Shown in pieces: positions 18,001-23,661 of a stretch of DNA of 32,000 bases. The DNA lies in the NCBI RefSeq assembly GCF_000016745.1, contig NC_009483.1, forward strand, positions 3,750,001 to 3,782,000, read 5' to 3'. Source of the DNA: Geotalea uraniireducens Rf4 (GTDB taxonomy: Bacteria > Desulfobacterota > Desulfuromonadia > Geobacterales > Geobacteraceae). Position numbers and translations under genes: made by a program. Position 1 is the stretch's first letter; every line of letters starts with the position of its first letter. The notes under the pieces were generated by a model, which saw nothing but the letters and a program-made list of their open reading frames with translations, was not told where the DNA came from and did no database searches.

Positions 18001-18173
18001 TTCTTAAGGCGAGCTTCAGCCTCCTCCTGAGAGTAAGTACCCTGTTCTTCTGCCACCTGAAGGCCATGCTGAATCTTTTCGATGACATAGAGATGGTACT
18101 GGATATCCTCCAGGGAACAATTGTCGGGAAGCTTGTTCAGCAAGTTCTTTACATCATCCTTAGCAGTATTCAC
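17985..18173 (-). CDS. Antitoxin partner of the RelE/ParE toxin
   Basis: The ORF is open from 18254 (a TTG). The best-supported start is GTG 18173, preceded by AAGGAG at 6-nt spacing. That gives (M)NTAKDDVKNLLNKLPDNCSLEDIQYHLYVIEKIQHGLQVAEEQGTYSQEEAEARLKKWHTA, small and acidic. It is translationally coupled to the toxin. Confidence 0.7.
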   Translation of the reverse strand: MNTAKDDVKNLLNKLPDNCSLEDIQYHLYVIEKIQHGLQVAEEQGTYSQEEAEARLKKWHTA

Positions 18174-18254
18174 GCCATGCTCCTTAAAAACCGGTCCCTT
18201 TCTCTCTCGCCCGTTTGCTTCGCTCACTTGGAGAAGCATAAGGGAGAAGCACAA

Positions 18255-18338
18255 GGGTCAGATCTCAACTTTTGACAGTCCCCATTTCCTATTCCCACAT
18301 CATAATGTTCAATCACCCGATACATCTACGTTCTACGT
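18255..18338 (-). repeat. Copy 2 of the downstream element
   Basis: It aligns with 16671-16765 and contains the ACATCATAATGT near-palindrome and two to three GTTCTAC-type heptamers (18323-18343). Confidence 0.85.
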
Positions 18339-18590
18339 TCAAATGCTTTCCTTCACCCGATAAACTCCATGGTGGGCCTCGGTATCAGTCCGGTGCGCAG
18401 CCAAGTCTGCAGCGACACTGTCGATTTTTTCGTTAAGTACATTAATTAGAAATGAATTGTGCTCAATTTTTTCATTTAATTCACTACGGGTATCACGGAT
18501 CTCTGCCCTAAGAGATTCATGCCCCTCAAGCACCAAATCAAATTTGCTCCGTATATCTTCAAGCAGTATTTCCAGATGATCTTTTTGCAT
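18339..18590 (-). CDS. Small coiled-coil protein with tail box, type 1 (copy C)
   Basis: The start is chosen at ATG 18590 (AAGGAGGTTTTG-ATG). The sequence is MQKDHLEILLEDIRSKFDLVLEGHESLRAEIRDTRSELNEKIEHNSFLINVLNEKIDSVAADLAAHRTDTEAHHGVYRVKESI*. The longer ORF-track version (to 18659) has no RBS. Confidence 0.8.
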   Translation of the reverse strand: MQKDHLEILLEDIRSKFDLVLEGHESLRAEIRDTRSELNEKIEHNSFLINVLNEKIDSVAADLAAHRTDTEAHHGVYRVKESI

Positions 18591-18624
18591 CAAAACCTCC
18601 TTGTCTCCGCTTAGCTGGAATAGA

Positions 18625-18702
18625 GCCTTTCCTATTACCAGCTCAAAACGCTCAATCACCAGATATATCAGGGTTCTACGTTCTACGGTCTACAGTCTAC
18701 GT
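18625..18702 (-). repeat. Copy 3 (partial) of the downstream element, including a 5-unit heptamer array at 18673-18707
   Basis: CCTTTCCTATTACCAGCTCAAAACGCTCAATCACCAGATATATCAGG is followed by GTTCTAC GTTCTAC GGTCTAC AGTCTAC GTTCAAA. It is homologous to copies 1 and 2 but has more heptamer units. Confidence 0.75.
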
Positions 18703-18765
18703 TCAAATGCTTTCCTTCACCCGATACACCCCGTGATGCGCCTCAGTATCCGCCCGATACGAGGC
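18703..18765 (-). pseudogene. Orphan tail-box relic 1 (3' end of a type-1 small gene, no 5' part)
   Basis: Hand translation gives ...(stop)IVCSASYRADTEAHHGVYRVKESI*. It has the same tail as copy C, with an in-frame stop just upstream and no start codon. Confidence 0.8.
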
Positions 18766-18813
18766 AGAGCAGACAATCTAGACCAATCTCAACAGGGACA
18801 CAAGGAAAGAATA

Positions 18814-19197
18814 TCATGCCCCTTGATCAATCAGGATTCTTGCTATGACTTTTTTCATTTCGGGAACATGCTCTGAACAAACCACATATATTGTTTCCGC
18901 ATCAATATCGAAATAGTGGTGAGTAATAATATCCCTCATTCCCTTTGCCTTTTTCCAGTCTATTTCAGGATAATTGACAAGTAGTTTTGAATCTGTCAAT
19001 TTATCTACCTGCTTTAATACCTCTCCGATATTAATCAGCTGCATGCAAATACTGTCCAGCTTCTCAAGACCAATATCGTCTTTCAGGAAATCATCACTTG
19101 ATTGAATTGCTTGAAATCTTTTGAATATTTGATCCAATGCCCAGATAATATTCTTGAAATCCTCAAGAAGCAGCTCCCTGTCATACATATATAGCAT
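18814..19197 (-). CDS. hepT: HepT-type toxin (DUF86, RNase of MNT-HepT modules)
   Basis: 127 aa. GMRDIITHHYFDID contains the R-x4-H-x-Y motif. It overlaps the MNT gene by 17 nt. Confidence 0.88.
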   Translation of the reverse strand: MLYMYDRELLLEDFKNIIWALDQIFKRFQAIQSSDDFLKDDIGLEKLDSICMQLINIGEVLKQVDKLTDSKLLVNYPEIDWKKAKGMRDIITHHYFDIDAETIYVVCSEHVPEMKKVIARILIDQGA

Positions 19198-19477
19198 CCT
19201 GCTCTATTCTGCGTTTCAGGGTTTCATTCATTTTGTCTCTAAGCCTTACCACGTCAACTTTACCACCCAAGGCTTCTTCAACTGCCTGCTTCACTCCTAT
19301 CAGATAATATAAATCAGGCTTTTCCAGTTCTACCACAATATCAATATCACTCTCTTCAGTAACATCGCCCCTCGCGTAAGACCCGAATATTCCAATCCTT
19401 TTTACCTTAAACTCTGTTGCAAAAAAGTCTTTGTGGCTACGCAAAAAATCAATTATTTGACCGGTCGTGCGCTCCAT
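19181..19477 (-). CDS. mntA: MNT-type nucleotidyltransferase antitoxin (MntA)
   Basis: 98 aa. GIFGSYARGDVTEESDIDIVVE shows the G-S-x-x-R-G ... D-x-D minimal nucleotidyltransferase signature. The RBS is GAGGAGG. Confidence 0.88.
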   Translation of the reverse strand: MERTTGQIIDFLRSHKDFFATEFKVKRIGIFGSYARGDVTEESDIDIVVELEKPDLYYLIGVKQAVEEALGGKVDVVRLRDKMNETLKRRIEQDAIYV

Positions 19478-19493
19478 AGCTCCTCCTCAATAC

Positions 19494-19742
19494 TTACCCT
19501 TCCTTCACCCGATAAACCCCATCATGCGCCTCGGTATCGGCCCGATGGGCAGCTACATCATCGGCGACGGCATCGATTTTCTTGTTCAGGGTGTCGATCT
19601 TGAAATCAACCAGATCAAAGCGTTCATCGGTCTTGCGGCCAAGCTCACGAATCTCACTGCGAAGCACTTCATGCCCTTCGAGGACCAGGTCAAACTTGCT
19701 GCTGATATCTTCGAGTAAAACTTCCATATTCTCTTTTTTCAT
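19494..19742 (-). CDS. Small coiled-coil protein with tail box, type 1 (copy D)
   Basis: The start is chosen at ATG 19742 (GGAGGAACGT-ATG, the same leader as copy A). The sequence is MKKENMEVLLEDISSKFDLVLEGHEVLRSEIRELGRKTDERFDLVDFKIDTLNKKIDAVADDVAAHRADTEAHDGVYRVKEG*. Its stop lies only 16 nt from the mntA start. Confidence 0.8.
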   Translation of the reverse strand: MKKENMEVLLEDISSKFDLVLEGHEVLRSEIRELGRKTDERFDLVDFKIDTLNKKIDAVADDVAAHRADTEAHDGVYRVKEG

Positions 19743-19835
19743 ACGTTCCTCCGTTAGCCGTGAATGTCCATGAACATCCGTGGCAAACAAAGGTTTACAA
19801 CACAAAATTCAAAACTCAAAATTGCCTCAAATCAT

Positions 19836-19879
19836 CTTCCTTCACCTGATACATCCCATGATGCGCCTTCCTTATCGGC
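19836..19879 (-). pseudogene. Orphan tail-box relic 2 (degenerate, with a 1-nt indel)
   Basis: CTTCCTTCACCTGATACATCCCATGATGCGCCTTCCTTATCGGC aligns to the box with substitutions and one extra nucleotide. It abuts the stop codon of the ATPase gene at 19880. Confidence 0.7.
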
Positions 19880-20278
19880 TTAAATCATATTCAGGTGAAT
19901 TGCGCTCTTTTGTTTAAGACAACCCCCTATGGCTGGCAAAGAACGTATCACATCCTGATATACGAGATCGGATGCAAGTACCGTAAGATTTCCGTGGGCC
20001 ATCCGTGCCTCTATCAGCCTCCCCATCTCTCTAGCAGCAGCGGGACGAGACCGCAAAATCCAGAGGTTGTCAACAAGAAGATTCGTAATCATGGTATATC
20101 TGTTGAAATAATCAGCAAATTTGCCCTGTACGACAGATTGTGCCATCTCATCGACGACCTGCTCACTGCCGACCCTCATGACGCTTTGGACCCCGTGCAA
20201 GGTCTCGGTTATCATCTTGAGAAGCCTGGTTTTCCCAGCCCCTGAAGGACCGTAGACGAATAGAAGATTTGCAGACAT
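19880..20278 (-). CDS. Mini AAA+ ATPase resembling DnaA/Hda domain III (N-terminal alpha/beta part only)
   Basis: NLLFVYGPSGAGKTRLLKMI (Walker A) ... FNRYTMITNLLVDNLWIL (Walker-B position, DD replaced by DN) ... GNLTVLASD aligns by eye with E. coli DnaA [20 protein letters not shown]...YRSVDALLIDDIQFF...NQQIILTSD. The start is chosen at ATG 20278 (GGAGGATAAA-ATG). The ORF-track start is 20290. Confidence 0.65.
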   Translation of the reverse strand: MSANLLFVYGPSGAGKTRLLKMITETLHGVQSVMRVGSEQVVDEMAQSVVQGKFADYFNRYTMITNLLVDNLWILRSRPAAAREMGRLIEARMAHGNLTVLASDLVYQDVIRSLPAIGGCLKQKSAIHLNMI

Positions 20279-20348
20279 TTTATCCTCCATTTCTTCAGAA
20301 AGGGACAGGCTGCCAGCGGGAACTCTTACTTCCCCCGGTACTCAGCGC

Positions 20349-20651
20349 TTAGGCATTTCTCAAACGACTTCTCGCCCATGCCGGATTTTTTCTGCAATCA
20401 AGAATCGCATATACGAGAATATCGTTGCCATCGATTCGATAGTAGACAGCAAACGGAAACCGCTTTGAAAGCATCCGGTAATATACGAGAAAAAATGCAG
20501 GATGAATGCCTGCGTGGATGAGCAATGAATCTATATCAGAGAAAAGCGAATCGAGGAAATACCCTCCAAGACCGCTTTCCTGTTTTTCATAGAAATGAAA
20601 GCCATCCGTCAGATCCTGTGATGCTGCTTCAAAAAGGCGAATCTTCTTCAT
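20349..20651 (-). CDS. Type II toxin, ParE/RelE family
   Basis: 100 aa. MKKIRLFEAASQDLTDGFHFYEKQESGLGGYFLDSLFSDIDSL...FPFAVYYRIDGNDILVYAILDCRKNP is the typical ParE-like pattern. It shares an ATGA overlap with the antitoxin gene. Confidence 0.85.
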   Translation of the reverse strand: MKKIRLFEAASQDLTDGFHFYEKQESGLGGYFLDSLFSDIDSLLIHAGIHPAFFLVYYRMLSKRFPFAVYYRIDGNDILVYAILDCRKNPAWARSRLRNA

Positions 20652-20863
20652 AGCGATTCACGGATCTTCTTTTTGGCATCGTCCCAGTCAATGAAGCAAG
20701 CTTCACCAACCGTTACGGCTTCTTCGCGCTGGGCGAGGACATCTCCATGCCATGGGGGTGAAAGTGTTTCGCTGGCGTTCCGGCACAAATCTTCCCACAA
20801 GCGTTCCATGACACTGATCTTTTCCGCCGTTGTCAGATTCTCCAACTTGATTGCCACTCCCAT
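20648..20863 (-). CDS. Antitoxin ('addiction module component', TIGR02574-like)
   Basis: 71 aa. LTTAEKISVMERLWEDL....SPPWHGDVLAQREEAV..GEACFIDWDDAKKKI matches the L-x-x-x-E-R-x-x-L-x-x-x-L-W-D-S-L ... W-H ... W-E-E-V-K layout of that family. The RBS GGAGG lies 6 nt upstream. Confidence 0.8.
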   Translation of the reverse strand: MGVAIKLENLTTAEKISVMERLWEDLCRNASETLSPPWHGDVLAQREEAVTVGEACFIDWDDAKKKIRESL

Positions 20864-20951
20864 AACCAGCCTCCATTCTTATGCGACTTGCGTGGTCAGG
20901 CTAGACTTTCGGACATTAGCCACGCACAAATCACCCCCACTCAACAAATCC

Positions 20952-21317
20952 TTAATCCCCTTCCTTCACCCGATACACCCCGCGATGCGCCTCGGTATCC
21001 GCCCGGTGGGCAGCTACATCAGCGGCAATTCTATCAATTTTCTCGCAGAGACTCGTCTCGACCCGCTCAAGCTTCTCCGAAAGCATCTGGTGCCCTTCAG
21101 CCACAACAGTCAGCCCATGCTGAAACCCTTCAGTTTGCAGCGTTATTTGGTGGTCAAACTCGGCAATGATTTCGTGTTTGAATTGTTCCAGCTTGGCATC
21201 GAACATAGTGGAAACACTTTCCAGCTTGGCATCGAACTTAGCGGAAACATCTCCCAGCTTAGCATCAACGACCTTAATCAACATCTGCTCAATACGTACT
21301 AGATCATTCTCATCCAT
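20952..21317 (-). CDS. Small coiled-coil protein with tail box, type 2 (copy E, full length)
   Basis: The start is chosen at ATG 21317 (GGAGG 8 nt upstream). The sequence is MDENDLVRIEQMLIKVVDAKLGDVSAKFDAKLESVSTMFDAKLEQFKHEIIAEFDHQITLQTEGFQHGLTVVAEGHQMLSEKLERVETSLCEKIDRIAADVAAHRADTEAHRGVYRVKEGD*. Confidence 0.8.
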   Translation of the reverse strand: MDENDLVRIEQMLIKVVDAKLGDVSAKFDAKLESVSTMFDAKLEQFKHEIIAEFDHQITLQTEGFQHGLTVVAEGHQMLSEKLERVETSLCEKIDRIAADVAAHRADTEAHRGVYRVKEGD

Positions 21318-21365
21318 AACAAAAACCTCCAACGAAATCTGGGGTCACGCGGGGTTTCATAATGT

Positions 21366-22412
21366 TCAGTAAACCGAAAACCCATCATGCGTCTCGGTAT
21401 CCGCCCCGGCCACGCTTTTCAGATACCATCGGTACACGTTACGCAGTCCCTCTTCCAGATTAATCTTATGTTTCCAGCCAATGGCATGAATCCGCGAGAC
21501 GTCGGAAAGCTTGCGCGGCGTGCCGTCGGGCTTGGTTGAATCGAAGACCAGTTCGCCGGCAAAGCCGACTATTTCCTTGATCCGCAGCGCCAGTTCACTG
21601 ATGGTGACCTCCTCGCCGCTGCCGATGTTGATCAAGGCAGGGACTGGGGACTGGGGACCAGGAATTAGCAATGAACGGTACTGTTCTTCCGGCAATGTCA
21701 TTAGAAACAGGCAGGCGTCGGCCAGGTCATCCACGTGGATGAACTCCCGCTTTGGAGTTCCCGACCCCCAAATGGTGACGTGCGCCTGGTGTTTTTCTCC
21801 GTTCCCCGTTCCCCGTTCCCCGTTCCCCATTTTTGCCTCGTGAAACTTGCGGATCAGCGCAGGAAGGACATGGGACGTTTCCAGGTCAAAGTTATCATTG
21901 GGGCCGTAGAGGTTGGTCGGCATGGCGGAGACAAATCTGGTGCCGTACTGACGGTTGTAGGACTGGCACATCTTGATGCCGGCAATCTTGGCAATGGCGT
22001 AAGCTTCGTTGGTGGGCTCAAGGGGGCCGGTGAGCAGGTACTCCTCCTTGATCGGCTGCGGCGCCAACTTCGGATAGATGCAGGTGCTGCCGAGGAAGAG
22101 GAGCTTTGTCACGCCATTCAGCCAGGCATGGTGGATGACGTTGGTCTGGATCATCAGGTTGTCATAGATGAATTCGGCTGGGAAGCTGTTATTGGCGACA
22201 ATGCCACCGACCTTGGCTGCGGCAAGGAAGACGTATTCAGGCTTTTCCTTATGAAAGAAGTCAGCTACTGCCGCCTGATTGCGCAGGTCGAGCTCACTAC
22301 TGGTCCTTACTACTATATTTTTGTAGCCTTCCGCTTCAATTTTCCTGACAATGGCAGAACCAACCAAGCCCCTATGTCCGGCCACATATATTTTTGAATC
22401 CTTATCCACCAT
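21366..22412 (-). CDS. fcl: GDP-L-fucose synthase (GDP-4-keto-6-deoxy-D-mannose 3,5-epimerase/4-reductase)
   Basis: [48 protein letters not shown] and [17 protein letters not shown] are collinear with E. coli Fcl as I recall it. ATG 22412 is preferred over the TTG at 22421. The protein carries two repeat-encoded loop insertions and a foreign C-terminal tail (see findings). Confidence 0.92.
   Translation of the reverse strand: MVDKDSKIYVAGHRGLVGSAIVRKIEAEGYKNIVVRTSSELDLRNQAAVADFFHKEKPEYVFLAAAKVGGIVANNSFPAEFIYDNLMIQTNVIHHAWLNGVTKLLFLGSTCIYPKLAPQPIKEEYLLTGPLEPTNEAYAIAKIAGIKMCQSYNRQYGTRFVSAMPTNLYGPNDNFDLETSHVLPALIRKFHEAKMGNGERGTGNGEKHQAHVTIWGSGTPKREFIHVDDLADACLFLMTLPEEQYRSLLIPGPQSPVPALINIGSGEEVTISELALRIKEIVGFAGELVFDSTKPDGTPRKLSDVSRIHAIGWKHKINLEEGLRNVYRWYLKSVAGADTETHDGFSVY
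21801..21828. repeat. Perfect heptanucleotide tandem repeat (GTTCCCC)x4 inside fcl
   Basis: Read directly: units at 21801-07, 21808-14, 21815-21 and 21822-28. On the coding strand (GGGGAAC)4 encodes [13 protein letters not shown]. Confidence 0.95.
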
Positions 22413-22494
22413 AAACCTCAAACACGAATTGCACCAATGATCACGAATTTAAAGAACAAATCTTTTATAATCAACTCTGCTGTGGTTAAATGAC

Positions 22495-23544
22495 TCAGCC
22501 ATTGACCCGCTTCTCCCGCTCAGCTTCCAGCAGGTCCGCATCCACCATCATGTTGACCAGCCCTTCAAAATCGGTCCGCGGTGTCCAGTTGAGCTGCTCT
22601 TTCGCCTTGGTCGGGTCGCCGAGGAGGAGATCCACCTCTGCCGGCCGGAAATACTTGGGGTCGATCTCGATGACGATCTTGCCCGTCTTCGAGTCAATCC
22701 CCTTTTCATGGACACCTTCACCCTGCCACTGCAAAGGCATGTCCAGACGGGCAAAGACCTTTTCCGCAAATTCCCGCACCGAATGGGTTTCCCCGGTTGC
22801 GACCACGTAGTCGTCCGGCTCCGACTGCTGAAGCATGAGCCACATCGCCTCCACATAATCGCCGGCAAACCCCCAGTCGCGCTTGGCGTCAAGGTTGCCG
22901 AGATAGAGACAGGGCTGCACCCCCAGCTTGATCCGGGCGGCGGCACGGGTGATCTTTCTCGTGACAAAGGTTTCGCCGCGGCGGGGCGATTCGTGGTTGA
23001 AGAGGATGCCGTTGCAGGCGAAGAGGTTGTAGCTTTCCCGGTAGTTGACGGTGATGTAGTAGGCATAGGCCTTGGCGCAGGCGTAAGGGGAACGGGGGTA
23101 GAAGGGGGTGGTTTCCTTCTGCGGCGTCTCCACCACCTTGCCGTAGAGCTCGGAGGAGGAGGCCTGGTAGAACCGGGTGTTCAGTTCGGTCTCGCGGATC
23201 GCCTCGAGGATACGCACCGCCCCCAGGGCATCCACCTCGCCGGTGTATTCCGGGACATCGAAAGAGACCCGGACGTGGCTCTGGGCGCCGAGATTGTAAA
23301 TCTCCTCGGGCTTTACATCGCGCAGCACCTTGTTCAGGGAGCTGGCGTCGTTCAGATCGCCGTAGTGAAGGAAGAGTCGGGCGGAGGATTCGTGGGGGTC
23401 CTGATAGATGTGATTGATCCTGCCTGTATTAAAAGATGAGGAACGACGGATGAGTCCGTGCACCTCGTAACCCTTTTTCAGCAGCAACTCGGCAAGATAT
23501 GAACCGTCCTGACCGGTAATGCCGGTAATTAACGCCTTCTTCAT
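22495..23544 (-). CDS. gmd: GDP-mannose 4,6-dehydratase
   Basis: [43 protein letters not shown]...[19 protein letters not shown]... is canonical Gmd. Start ATG 23544 has GGAGG 4 nt upstream. The ORF-track start at 23610 adds 22 aa with no support. Confidence 0.93.
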   Translation of the reverse strand: MKKALITGITGQDGSYLAELLLKKGYEVHGLIRRSSSFNTGRINHIYQDPHESSARLFLHYGDLNDASSLNKVLRDVKPEEIYNLGAQSHVRVSFDVPEYTGEVDALGAVRILEAIRETELNTRFYQASSSELYGKVVETPQKETTPFYPRSPYACAKAYAYYITVNYRESYNLFACNGILFNHESPRRGETFVTRKITRAAARIKLGVQPCLYLGNLDAKRDWGFAGDYVEAMWLMLQQSEPDDYVVATGETHSVREFAEKVFARLDMPLQWQGEGVHEKGIDSKTGKIVIEIDPKYFRPAEVDLLLGDPTKAKEQLNWTPRTDFEGLVNMMVDADLLEAEREKRVNG

Positions 23545-23661
23545 GGTGCCTCCGTCTATTTGTTTATTGAATGATTGACTTTCCCGGTTTACAGAAATCA
23601 ACGTACCCAAATGAAGAATAGATATCTACCACAGTTTGGCCATAAAGGCAATTCAATGCTG

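Noticed and set aside
20889-20926. 7-bp inverted repeat TGCGTGG-N24-CCACGCA upstream of the 20863 antitoxin gene, considered as a possible TA operator or a terminator for gene E
   Set aside because: It is too short and unsupported by any second copy or flanking promoter hexamers that I could identify. It is noted only.
16688-21302. Plus-strand ORFs antisense to the small genes (16688..17014, 17066..17434, 18601..18876, 19467..19718, 20673..21302), sharing the motif ..LHPIHPxMRLGIxP..
   Set aside because: The shared motif is simply the reverse translation of the tail box. The minus-strand ORFs have strong GGAGG sites at correct spacing. Variation between copies falls on minus-strand third codon positions. 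The plus-strand ORFs lack RBSs and have implausible composition.
16640-21412. Interpretation of the box array as an integron cassette array
   Set aside because: No intI-type integrase is present in the window. I could not find RYYYAAC / GTTRRRY core sites or attC-like imperfect palindromes at unit boundaries. In one case (D to mntA) only 16 nt separate a box from the next gene. The 'cassette-like' description is kept in the findings, but not the integron label.
16640-21412. CRISPR array or diversity-generating retroelement as an explanation for the repeated boxes
   Set aside because: Repeat spacing is irregular (about 300-1100 bp), and the 'spacers' are genes. The repeats are coding and diverge mostly at synonymous sites. 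There are no cas genes and no reverse transcriptase, and mismatches are not adenine-specific.
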